This document shows, piece by piece, positions 23,504 through 33,100 of a stretch of 64,000 bases of DNA. Source of the DNA: an uncultured delta proteobacterium (GTDB lineage Bacteria > Myxococcota_A > Polyangia > Polyangiales > B10-G4). The stretch's first letter is position 1; each line of letters starts with the position of its first letter. A program made the position numbers and the translations under genes. The notes beneath the pieces were generated by a model. The model made no database searches, had not been told where the DNA came from, and saw nothing but the letters and a program-made list of their open reading frames with translations. The stretch spans positions 209,316-273,315 of the forward strand of contig CAVSGI010000013.1 of the NCBI GenBank assembly GCA_963727445.1, written 5' to 3'.

Positions 23504-25426
23504 TCACTCCGGCACGGCCACCACCGTGCGGTCGCGCTCCTGGAAGAGCCAGCGCAGGGTCTCGCGGTCGAGGACGTCGTTCTGCATTCCCACGGCGCGG
23601 CTCAGCGCGGGCTGCGGATCGCGAGTGAGGGCGTACATGTCGATCTCGATGCTCGGGTCGAGCGTGCGGATGGTGCTGCCCGCGATCTGTCGCACCGCCG
23701 AGTAGTCGTCGATGGCGAGCACCGCGATGGCGGGCCTGAGCGATTCCATGTCCGAGGCTTCGCGCGCCGGCTCCCACCCGGCATGCCAGCCGGCGATCGC
23801 GCGCTGTACCGCGTCGCCACGAACCATCCAGAGCGCCGCCGCGGGCACCTCCCGGAGGCGCTCCGGGAGCTCGCCCGAATCGATGCCGTACCACGCCTCG
23901 AGCTTGTCGGCGGTCCAGCCGAGGCTCTGGTCGAGGTGGCAGAGGTTGCAGGCGTTGGGCGCGTCCCGCCCTTCGAATCCGCTCGCCGCCGGGCTGTCGA
24001 AGCGATGGCTCCGGGTCGCGCTGAGCAGGCCGTAGCTGCTGTAGGGCATGTGGCAGCTCACGCACGCGGCGCCGCTCGAGCCTGCCGGGTGATGGCTGTG
24101 GGCGACCACGTCTCGAACGATGTCCGCGTGGCAGCTGCCGCCGCAGAGTCGGTCGTCGTCGGCACCCGGAGGCAGCTGCTCTTCGGTCGCCTCGGCGTGC
24201 ATGGTGTGGCAGGTGATGCAGCTCATCCCGCCCTCGAGGTAGCAGCCCGAGCGGATCATCGCGTCGTACTCGCGACCCGCGACGCGCGTGACACCGTTCG
24301 TCCAGAAGGACTCGACCATGTCGCGCTCGGCGTCGTCGCTGAGCTTCCAGACGTCGCGTAGCTCGGTGGTGCGGGCGGCGAGCGCCGCCATCCCGTCATA
24401 GTCGAGATGATCCGAGAGCAGCTCGCCCGGGACGAAGTCGTGGTCGGGGGCGTCGCTGCGGCCGTCGGCCACGGTGTGGCAGCTCCCGCAGATGCTCGCG
24501 GCGTGGGGCGCGTCGAGCCTTCGCGGGTTCACGATGGTGGGGTCGGCTTCGTCGTCCGCATGAAGCGCGTAGCGGCGGGCGGGCGAGGCGTTCGCCCGGA
24601 CGTGCTCGTCGGCCGGGCCATGACAGCGCTCGCAGGCGATCCCCAGCTCGGTCACCGCCATCTTCGAGCGCATCTCGCGCTCGATGTCCTCGGGCTTCCA
24701 GGGCCCGCCCGTGGTGTGGCAGGTGACGCAGCCGTCGGTCCAGACGTAGTGATCGAGCGCCTGGCCGTCGTCGTAGGGCCCCTGCAGGAACGAGTCGTCG
24801 TTGGCGAGCCAGCGCTCTTCGTGAATGAACCAGACGAAGGGCAGCTGAATCAGGGAGCCGTCGTCGGCCTCCACCCAATAAGCCTGCACGTGGTGGGAGC
24901 CGGTGGTCAGGATCACGCGACGCGGGACGGCGCCGTCGACGGGGTCGTAGCTCTCGGCATCGACGTGGAGCGCGTAGAAGCCGTCGCCCTGCTCGAAGAT
25001 CCGAAAGGCCGTGCCGCGCTCCTCGAGGATCCGCCCGTCGAAGGGCGCCACCACCGCCTCCGGCGTGGCCGGCTGGGTCATCGTGCGATGAAAGGAGTCG
25101 TGCCAGCTCTCGTATTGACCGGGGTGACACGCGCGGCAGGCGTCGGAGCTCGAGTAGCCTTCGCCCTCCCCGATGTCTGGTCGCGCGTCCGCGAGCTCGT
25201 GATCGGTCGGCGCCGGACGACCGATGCAGGCGACGGCCCAGATGGTGGTGGTGCCGAAGAGCGTGGTGACCAGGAAACGGATCGTCCAATGCGCGCCGCG
25301 GGTGAGGAACCAGCCGACCGCGGTGACGATGAGCACCAGCGCGCCGAGCCAGAGGGCGAGCGCGCTCACGAGTCGCCCACCTTTCGAAGCGACCAGCCCA
25401 CCGAGAGGAGCCCAATCAAGAGGCAC
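23504..25426 (-). CDS. multiheme (about 8 CxxCH) c-type cytochrome with N-terminal TM helices
   Basis: CxxCH motifs CRACH, CVTCH, CERCH, CGSCH, CITCH, CGGSCH, CVSCH, CNLCH; N-terminal membrane anchor; C-terminal helical-repeat region. Confidence 0.75.
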   Translation of the reverse strand: MPLDWAPLGGLVASKGGRLVSALALWLGALVLIVTAVGWFLTRGAHWTIRFLVTTLFGTTTIWAVACIGRPAPTDHELADARPDIGEGEGYSSSDACRACHPGQYESWHDSFHRTMTQPATPEAVVAPFDGRILEERGTAFRIFEQGDGFYALHVDAESYDPVDGAVPRRVILTTGSHHVQAYWVEADDGSLIQLPFVWFIHEERWLANDDSFLQGPYDDGQALDHYVWTDGCVTCHTTGGPWKPEDIEREMRSKMAVTELGIACERCHGPADEHVRANASPARRYALHADDEADPTIVNPRRLDAPHAASICGSCHTVADGRSDAPDHDFVPGELLSDHLDYDGMAALAARTTELRDVWKLSDDAERDMVESFWTNGVTRVAGREYDAMIRSGCYLEGGMSCITCHTMHAEATEEQLPPGADDDRLCGGSCHADIVRDVVAHSHHPAGSSGAACVSCHMPYSSYGLLSATRSHRFDSPAASGFEGRDAPNACNLCHLDQSLGWTADKLEAWYGIDSGELPERLREVPAAALWMVRGDAVQRAIAGWHAGWEPAREASDMESLRPAIAVLAIDDYSAVRQIAGSTIRTLDPSIEIDMYALTRDPQPALSRAVGMQNDVLDRETLRWLFQERDRTVVAVPE

Positions 25427-25809
25427 AGCGCGCCGACGGGAACCAGCCCGATCGCCGGGCCGGGATCGCCGCCCTGAATCCCGATGCCGGCCAGGGCGAA
25501 GCCGAGGGGCAACAGGATGCTCGCGCCGACGAGCGCGCGGGAGGCGAGGACCACTTCACGCCCCGAGAGCGAGAGTGCGTGAAGCGTCGCACCCCAGGCG
25601 ATGTGGACGAGCCCGAGGAGCCCACCGTGTGCGTGGGAGAGGCGCAACATCAGCCGGCGCGTTTCGTTGGCCACGTCCAGGTACCAGGGGACCTTGAACC
25701 CGTGCATCGCCTCGAGGGTCAGCCCGACGGTCGCGAAGAAGAGGAGCGTCCACCACCCGAAGCGAAAGTGAAAGAGCGCCCGCCCCGCCCGGTCTGCATC
25801 CCTCGCCAT
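25366..25809 (-). CDS. small integral membrane protein (about 4 TM), hypothetical
   Basis: 147 aa; hydrophobic segments alternating with His-rich loops (LSHAHGGLLGLVHIAW); overlaps the 5' end of the cytochrome ORF, so one of the two starts is probably internal. Confidence 0.4.
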   Translation of the reverse strand: MARDADRAGRALFHFRFGWWTLLFFATVGLTLEAMHGFKVPWYLDVANETRRLMLRLSHAHGGLLGLVHIAWGATLHALSLSGREVVLASRALVGASILLPLGFALAGIGIQGGDPGPAIGLVPVGALCLLIGLLSVGWSLRKVGDS

Positions 25810-26009
25810 CCCGACTCACCCGTCGCTTCGACCGTCGCGCCCCCACCGACATTTGTAAAGGACGCTCAGATCCCGTTGCTGAGCCCTCTCGCGCCGATCG
25901 GCTATGATGGGCCGATGGTGGATCTCCGCTCCTGGCCCTCGCCGACCCTCGCGGGGCCCTTCGCCCCCGCCGCCCCCTCGATCCGCTGGCCCCTCGCGCA
26001 ACCGATCGA

Positions 26010-26789
26010 TTGACCGACGATCTCACCGATGACGCGATCGCCGGGAGCTTCCGCGTCTTTCAGCGGAAGCGCGGGCATCGCTACAGCCTCGACGACGTGG
26101 TCACGGCGTGGGAGGCGGCGCGCGCGCGGCCCGACGCCAGGCGCGTGCTCGACCTCGGCTGCGGCATCGGCTCGGTGCTGATCATGCTCGCCCATCGATT
26201 TCCAGAGGCAGCGCTCACCGGGGTCGAAGCCCAGGACATCTCCTACGAGCTCCTCAAACGCAACGTCAGCCGCAACGCGCTCGACGAACGCGTGACGCTC
26301 CGCCACGGCGACCTGCGCGATCACGACATGCTGATGAACCTTCCGGATGCGCCCTTCGATCTCATCAGCGGAACGCCGCCCTACATGCGCCCCGAAGAGG
26401 GCACGCTGCCGCCCGACTCGCAGAAGGCGCACGCGCGCATGGAGCTCCGCGGCGGCGTCGAGGACTACCTGGTCGCGGCAGCGCGAGTGGTCGCGCCGGG
26501 CGGACGGATCGTGGTCTGCGCCGGCGCGCGCAGCCCGGAGCGCGCCATGGACGGCGGGCGCGAAGCCGGCCTTCTGCCGCTGCGGCGCCGCGACGTGATT
26601 CCCCGCGCAGGGAGCGCGCCCCTCTTCGGCGTCTACACCTTCGTGCGCAAGGAGGACCACGACGGCTCCTTCGAGCACAGCGCGCCTCTGGTCGCGCGCG
26701 GTGAAGGCGGCGAGCGAACCCCGGCCGCCCACGAGCTGCGTCGGTTCTTCGGCCTGCCGGTGAACGAAGCGGAAGCCCCCTCACCATGA
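26010..26789 (+). CDS. class I SAM-dependent methyltransferase, TrmN6/YfiC-like (amino-MTase motif TPPY)
   Basis: Motif I LDLGCGIGSV; FDLISGTPPY resembles the N6-adenine NPPY/NPPF motif of tRNA m6A37 MTase; stop overlaps the next start (ATGA). Confidence 0.6.
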   Translation: MTDDLTDDAIAGSFRVFQRKRGHRYSLDDVVTAWEAARARPDARRVLDLGCGIGSVLIMLAHRFPEAALTGVEAQDISYELLKRNVSRNALDERVTLRHGDLRDHDMLMNLPDAPFDLISGTPPYMRPEEGTLPPDSQKAHARMELRGGVEDYLVAAARVVAPGGRIVVCAGARSPERAMDGGREAGLLPLRRRDVIPRAGSAPLFGVYTFVRKEDHDGSFEHSAPLVARGEGGERTPAAHELRRFFGLPVNEAEAPSP

Positions 26790-27976
26790 CCGCGAAGAAA
26801 CGACAGGCGCTCAGCCACGTCGGGGGTCCCGCCCGAGTCGAGGGCGACGCGGAGGCCGGAGCGCTCCTCGCCGAGGCCCTGGCGAACGTCCACCAGGTCG
26901 ACAAGGACGAGCTCACGCACGGCTTCCACACCTACCCGGCAAAGATGCATCCCGGGATCGCGCGCAGCCTCATCGAGAGCTTCTCCTCCTCCGACGAGAC
27001 GGTCCTCGACCCCTTCGTCGGCAGCGGCACGGTCGCCGTCGAAGCGCTGATCGCAGGCAATCGCCCGGTCGGCGTGGACCTGAACCCGCTCGCACTGCGC
27101 ATCGCCGAGGTCAAGACACAGCTCCGTCGCGAGGGTGGACGCACGCGCTTCCTCTCCGTCGCCGAAGAGATCGCCCTCCGCTCCGAGGAGCGCGTGCGCG
27201 CACGCGTGGAGGCGCGCGCCAAGCTGCCGCCCGGCGAGGCGAAGCACTGGAAGGGACACACCCTCAAGGAGCTCGCCGGCCTCATGGAGGAGATCCAGGC
27301 GGTCGACGACGATCAGGATTGGCGCGCCCTCGAGATGGTCTTCTCCTCGATCGTGGTCAAGGTCTCGCAGCAGCGCTCGGACACCGATGATCGCGAGAGC
27401 GAGAGCGAGAAGCGCATCCGCAAAGGTCTGCCCACCGAGCTCTTCTTCCGCCGCGCGAAGGAGCTCGTGGAGCGGTGGGAGGTGCTCTCCGAGCGCGCGC
27501 CCGAGCGCGCCGCGCGACCGCTCTTCTTCGAAGGCGATGCCCGCCGCCTGCCGCGCTTCGTCCCGCAGCGCATCCGCGCGGACCTCATCGTGAGCTCGCC
27601 GCCCTACGGTGGCACATACGACTACATCGACCACCACGCGCGGCGCTACGCTTGGCTGGGGATCGATCCCCAGCGCTTCGAGCGCAACGAGGTCGGCGCA
27701 CGCCGGCGCCTCAAGGGGCCCGACGGGGCGCGCCGCTGGGACCGCGAGGTGGAAGAGCTCCTGGTCGCCATGGCCGCCGTGCGCCGCACGAAGCACGCGC
27801 CGATCATCCTGCTGGTGGGAGACGCCGAAATCGGCCGTCAACGCGTAGACGCAGCGAAACAATTGCGGCGTCTGGCTCCGCGCGCCGAGCTCGAAGTGGT
27901 GGCGTCGGCCTCGCAGGAGAGGCCGGATTTCCGCGGCGGACCGAGCCGGCGCGAGCACCTCGTGCTGCTCACTTGA
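26786..27976 (+). CDS. amino-group (N6-A/N4-C/N2-G type) methyltransferase with alpha-like motif order (X-I...IV); DNA or RNA target unresolved
   Basis: FHTYPAKMHPGIARSLIE (HPTQKP-like motif X) + VLDPFVGSGTVAVEA (motif I) near the N-terminus; SSPPYGG (motif IV) at about aa 270; translationally coupled to the upstream MTase. Confidence 0.6.
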   Translation: MTAKKRQALSHVGGPARVEGDAEAGALLAEALANVHQVDKDELTHGFHTYPAKMHPGIARSLIESFSSSDETVLDPFVGSGTVAVEALIAGNRPVGVDLNPLALRIAEVKTQLRREGGRTRFLSVAEEIALRSEERVRARVEARAKLPPGEAKHWKGHTLKELAGLMEEIQAVDDDQDWRALEMVFSSIVVKVSQQRSDTDDRESESEKRIRKGLPTELFFRRAKELVERWEVLSERAPERAARPLFFEGDARRLPRFVPQRIRADLIVSSPPYGGTYDYIDHHARRYAWLGIDPQRFERNEVGARRRLKGPDGARRWDREVEELLVAMAAVRRTKHAPIILLVGDAEIGRQRVDAAKQLRRLAPRAELEVVASASQERPDFRGGPSRREHLVLLT

Positions 27977-27995
27977 ACAAACGCGATCCGTTTTT

Positions 27996-29000
27996 TTGAC
28001 CCCTCGACGCCGCTCGCTGATGTTCTGGAACATGGCGAGAGCGAGGGAGCGGTCGGAGCTTTCGGGGATCACCCTCGACGACCGTTACGTACTCGGGAAG
28101 ACCATCGGCGTCGGCGGCACGGGCGTCGTCTTCGATGCGCACCGACTCGAGGATGGAGAGCGCGTCGTGGTCAAGACGATGCGCCCCGTCTATGCATACA
28201 ACCCCGACCTGGTCGAGCGACTGCACCGCGAAGCCGAGGTCGCGAGCCGCGTGTCGCATCCCGGCATCGTGAGCGTGCAGGGCGAGGGCCAGCTCGACGA
28301 CGGCTCGCCTTATCTGGTGATGACGCACCTCAGGGGCGAGAGCCTCTCGCGCATCCTGCTCCGCGAGCGGACCCTCGACGCGGAAGAGGCGGCCACCATC
28401 GCCATTCGCGTCACCAGCATCCTCGACGCCTGCCACGCCCGCGGCTACGTCCATCGCGACATCAAGCCCGAGCACATCATCCTCGACCGCGGTCCTTCGG
28501 GCGCGCTCAAGGTCAGCCTGATCGACTTCGGCGTCTGCGCCGCCGAGACCGCGAGCCACGAATCGCGCGAGTCCGAACGCGGCCGCGTCTACGGCACGCC
28601 CACCTACTGCTCCCCGGAGCAGGCTTCCGGCAACCCCTACGTCGATGCCCGCGCCGACATCTGGGGGGTCGGCGTGGTTCTCTTCGAGAGCCTCGCCGGC
28701 AAGGTGCCCTTCGCCGCGAGCAACGTGACGGCTCTGCTCAAGCGCATCATCCGCGAGGACGCCCCCCGCGTCGGTCTCGCCGCCCATCGCGTGAGTCGCG
28801 GATTCGACGAGCTCGTCAGCCGCACCCTGGCCCGCGAGCCCGAAGCGCGCCCCGCCTCGGGTCGCGCGCTGCGACGACTCCTGCGCGCGCACGTGAGCGA
28901 TCAGAAGCGCGTCGAGCGCACGATCGCGAGTCGCCTCCGCATCGCCGCGCCCGATCCCGATTGGGTCGCGACCGAGCCGGGCGAGATCGTCGCCGCCTGA
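27996..29000 (+). CDS. Ser/Thr protein kinase (cytoplasmic, 334 aa)
   Basis: GVGGTGVV glycine loop, VVVKT, HRDIKPEHIIL, DFG, YCSPE. Confidence 0.85.
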   Translation: MTPRRRSLMFWNMARARERSELSGITLDDRYVLGKTIGVGGTGVVFDAHRLEDGERVVVKTMRPVYAYNPDLVERLHREAEVASRVSHPGIVSVQGEGQLDDGSPYLVMTHLRGESLSRILLRERTLDAEEAATIAIRVTSILDACHARGYVHRDIKPEHIILDRGPSGALKVSLIDFGVCAAETASHESRESERGRVYGTPTYCSPEQASGNPYVDARADIWGVGVVLFESLAGKVPFAASNVTALLKRIIREDAPRVGLAAHRVSRGFDELVSRTLAREPEARPASGRALRRLLRAHVSDQKRVERTIASRLRIAAPDPDWVATEPGEIVAA

Positions 29001-29007
29001 GCGGCGC

Positions 29008-29481
29008 TCAAACGAGCAGAATCGCGATCTCGGGATCGAGGCGATAGCCGCCGTCGACGCGCTGAATGATCTCCGCGAGCCCCGCCTTCCGCAGCGCCGA
29101 GAGCGCGACGTGAAGTCGGTTCTTCGCGGCGTTGGGGGCGATGTGCTCACCGGGCCATACGGCGGCGATCAGCGCTTCCGGCGACGTGATCTCGCTTGGC
29201 TCGTCCGCGCGTTTCGTCGCGAGCACCATCAGCAATCTGCTCGCAGGACCATCCCGATACAGAGACGATGCGACTTGCGCACCGGGAGGCCGAAAAGCGG
29301 CACCATCCTCTCTCACCAGCAAAACTGGGGTCGTCTGTCCGCTTAAATCGTCACCAGGGCGCACGATGCGCTCCACGCCGGATTTCTGTCTCCGGCGACG
29401 GCGCCTGAAATTGTTGGGGGCTTCCTGGGGATGCTTTCGAAGGGGGGACTCGTCAGCCATCATGGGCTGACTGGGTTTCAC
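29008..29481 (-). CDS. winged-helix (OmpR/PhoB trans_reg_C-like) DNA-binding protein without a receiver domain
   Basis: C-terminal ITSPEALIAAVWPGEHIAPNAAKNRLHVALSALRKAGL...GGYRLD matches the OmpR-type wHTH pattern (L...VW........N.L.V.I..LRKK....I.TV.G.GYRL); Arg-rich disordered N-terminus. Confidence 0.5.
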   Translation of the reverse strand: MKPSQPMMADESPLRKHPQEAPNNFRRRRRRQKSGVERIVRPGDDLSGQTTPVLLVREDGAAFRPPGAQVASSLYRDGPASRLLMVLATKRADEPSEITSPEALIAAVWPGEHIAPNAAKNRLHVALSALRKAGLAEIIQRVDGGYRLDPEIAILLV

Positions 29482-29549
29482 GTTTCGTGCCGGCCGAATT
29501 CCCTCAGCACAGCAGGGAAGTCTGCGTGGTTTCTGTTACAACCGGCGCC

Positions 29550-30044
29550 ATGCGCGTGCTGATCGTCCGCCACGGCGAAGCCGTGGATACCTACCAAGCG
29601 GAGTCGGACGCGCAGCGCTGGCTGACTGACGCAGGGCGTCAGCGAGTGCGCAGGGTCGCCGATCTCCTGGCCGCGGAGGAGGTGCGCTTCGATCGCGTCT
29701 TCATGAGCCCGCTGGTCCGCGCGGTCCAGACCGCCGAGATCCTGGCCTCGCCCACGAGCTTCGAAGGTCCGCTCACGGTGTGGCCCGCCCTCGCCGGAGG
29801 CACCACCGCCGCCGCGCTCTCCTGCCTCGAGCAGGTCGGGGACGACGCGACGGTGGCCCTCGTCGGGCACGAGCCGCTGGCCCGCGTGATGTCCGCACAT
29901 CTCACGGGGATCGCCGACTATCCCGGGTTTCGCACCGGTGGCGTGTGCGTCGTCGGCGTCTCGGAGGGTGCGGGTCGATTCGAGTGGGCGGTGGACCCGA
30001 AAGCGCTGCGCAGGGTGGCGCGGATCGAAGACATTCCGCGTTGA
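29550..30044 (+). CDS. histidine phosphatase family protein, SixA-like phosphohistidine phosphatase
   Basis: Start moved to MRVLIVRHGEA (RHG catalytic motif); about 165 aa, consistent with SixA. Confidence 0.65.
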   Translation: MRVLIVRHGEAVDTYQAESDAQRWLTDAGRQRVRRVADLLAAEEVRFDRVFMSPLVRAVQTAEILASPTSFEGPLTVWPALAGGTTAAALSCLEQVGDDATVALVGHEPLARVMSAHLTGIADYPGFRTGGVCVVGVSEGAGRFEWAVDPKALRRVARIEDIPR

Positions 30045-30190
30045 GCGGACCCAAGGGGGGGCATTGGGGCCGGGTCGGCTCCAATCGAGGGAGAACTTCG
30101 GCGCGTAAGAGGCGTCTCGACATGGTGACCAGGGCCGCGAGGGCGCGCTGCCCTCGCGATTTGGCGGCAAGCCCGGGGAAGCGAGGCTCG

Positions 30191-33100
30191 ATGAGATCTG
30201 GTTGGCTGGTGGTTGGGATGGCGCTCGGCGCCATCCTCTTTGCGGCGTGTGGGGACGACGAAGGTACGCTCTCGCAGACGGTGGCGACCGTCCGCCCCGT
30301 CCGCGGGGAGGTGCACGTCGGCGACAGCGACGCGCGGGTCCCGCGGGTCGCGCGGATCGCTGCTGGCGACAGGCTCATCACCGGCGAGGACGGCCTCGCC
30401 CGGCTCACGCTGGACCAGGGCTCGTCTCTGCTCCTCGGGCCGGGCTCGGAGGCGTCGATCGATGCGGAGGGAGTGCTCACGCTGAGCGCGGGCCTCGCCT
30501 TCGCCGACGTCCTGTCGGGCGACCAGCTCGAGATCGCCACCGAGCGCGGCACGGTGCGTGTGGCCGACGCCGGCGCGAGCATCGAGGTGAGCGACGTCGG
30601 CACCGGGGTCTACGTGGTGCGCGGTGAGGTCGCTTTCCGCGCGGGCGAAGCGCGCGGTGCCGTGCGCGCGGGCGAAGAGCTGAAGCTGAGCGCGGGCGCG
30701 CCGGCGATCGCGGCGGCGACGCTCTGGGAGGACTGGACCGGCGGCCTCGCGCGCCCGGGGCCCGCCGATTCGGATGCACCAGAGGGCGTCGGGACGCTCG
30801 AAGCGCGTGTCCCCGACGAGATCGGTCAGGCCCGCTGGCCCCTCGCCATCCGCCGCCTCGACGTGCGCGTGCGCGTCGAGGGCGACCTCGCGATCACCGA
30901 GGTCGATCAGGAGTTCTTCAACCCGGCGTCCGAGACCGTCGAGGGCCTCTATCGCGTGCGCGTCCCCCGCACCGCGGTGCTCCAGCGCTTCGCCGTCGAT
31001 CGCAACGGCCAGCTCGTCGACGGATACGTGCGCGAGAAGGCGCAGGCGCGCCAGGCCTACGAGGCCCAGGTCTACCGCGGCTCCACCGACGACCCGGCGC
31101 TCCTCGAGTGGGACGCGCCCGGCGCCTACCGCGCGCGCATCTACCCCATCGCCGCCGGCGAGACGCGGCGCATCGTCGTCCGCTACGCCGAGTGGCTCGC
31201 GCGCCCCGCCCCCGGCGCGCCGCGCATCTACACCTACCCGATGGGCGGCGGCGCGCGCGCGCCGCACGTGCAGGAGCTGGCCATCACCTGCGACCTCGGC
31301 CACGCCAGCGCGACCTCGCTCCGCGCCGGCCTCGGCGCCGCGATCGAGGGCACGTCCGTCGAGCTCCGCCAGAGCGACGTCCGCCCGCGCGCCGACTTCT
31401 GGCTCGAGCTGATCGACGCCGACTCGCCCGAGGTGCTCACCGCCGAGCGCGCCCCCCATCAACCGCCCCAGCGCGCCCCCGGTTCGCGCGTCATCACCAA
31501 CGAAGCGGACGAGCGGGACTATTGGTACCTGCCGGTCGTCCTGCCCGAGTCGCTCTTCGGAGAGCAACAGGACGAGGGGATCGACGTCATCGTCGTCGCC
31601 GACGTCTCTGCCGCCACCGACCGCTCGCATCTCGAGCTCGGTAAGAGCGTGGTCGAGTCTCTGACGGCGCACCTCGGCCCCGAGGACCGCGTGGCGATCG
31701 TCACCAGCGACCTCACGATTCGCAGCGTCGAAGGCGATGGCGCGCCCACACTCGGCCCGGCCAGCCGCGAGCGCCTCGACGCGCTCCTCGAAGGGCTGAG
31801 CCGCGTGAGCCCCGGCGGCGCCACGGATCTGGGCGCTGCGATCACCGCTGCATCCGAGCTCCTCACGCCCGAGCGCTCGAGCGCGGTGGTCTACGTCGGC
31901 GACGGCGCGCCCACCGTGGGCGAGCTCGGCGCCGAGGGGCTGCTCACGCGCATCGCGCGTCTCCCCTCGCCGCCGCGCCTCTACGCCGTCGGCGTGGGCG
32001 CCACCGCGAACCTCGACCTCCTCGAGACCCTGACCCACGGGGGCGGCCTCGCCCTCCGCGTCGAGGAGCGCGCATCGGCGGCCGACGCCGCCCTCCAGAT
32101 CCTCGCCCACGCGAGCCGACCACTCGCTCAACGGGTCGAGGTCGATCTCGGCGACGGCATCGACAACGCCTTTCCGCGTAGGCCGGTGGACGTCGTGCGC
32201 GGCGAGGTGCTGCCAGTGGCGGGACGCGTGCGCGACGAGCCGCCCTCGGAGATTACGGTCCGCGGCCTGCTGCGCGGCGAGCCCTTCGAAGAGAAGATCC
32301 GCATCACCACCGAAGAGAGCCAGGACGCGACCGATCTTCGTCTCCGGTGGGCGGGCGAGCGCCTGCGACAACAGCTCCTCGAAGGCGCGACCCGCGAGGA
32401 GATCGCCGAGCTCGGCACGCGCTACGGCCTGATCACGCCCTTCACCAGCTATTACGTGCCGAGCGCGCGCGAGCTCGCGGAGATGGGTCCGGCGGCGAGC
32501 GTGCTGATCGACAAGCGCGGGCTGATCGTCGAAGGAATCACCGAGCGCTTCGGGATGAAGGAGTCGCCTTCGCCCGAGCACGCACGCGCGTTCGTGCCGA
32601 GGGCGGCGCTTCTCCCGCTCGCCCTCGCGGCCTGCGATTCAGACGAGGCACCAGCCGCCGCGGCCGGCGGGTCGACGCCGGTGGACACCCCGGTCGCGTC
32701 GACCGAGGGAGAGAAGCCGGCGGAGCAGTCCGAAGAAGCGGCGGCCGACCCCCACATGGCGCGCGAGGAAGTGGCGCCGACCGAGCCGAGCACCGGCACG
32801 AGCATGGCGATGCCCGCGGCCCCTCCACCGACCGCCGTGCCCGAGCCCGAGACCGAGGCGGCGGCTGACGAGACCGCCCAGGCCCAGCACGCTCCACTCG
32901 CACGACGCTCGGCACACAATCGCTACGGGATCGAGGGGCCCGAGGGCGGAAGCGGCGCGAGCGGTGAACCGGATGCCGACGATGCCGAAGAGGCGGGGTC
33001 CTTCGGGACCAACACCGCCGCCGGCAACGATCCGATGTCGGCGCTCGGCGCGCTGATGGGCGACCAGATCGACGGCAACGCGGGCGTCGGCGGCCTGGGA

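Noticed and set aside
29780-30190. N-terminal 137 residues of the 1751-aa ORF-track entry
   Set aside because: Arg-rich, no start context. The lipoprotein signal at 30191 gives a far better start, and the upstream part overlaps the SixA-like gene in another frame.
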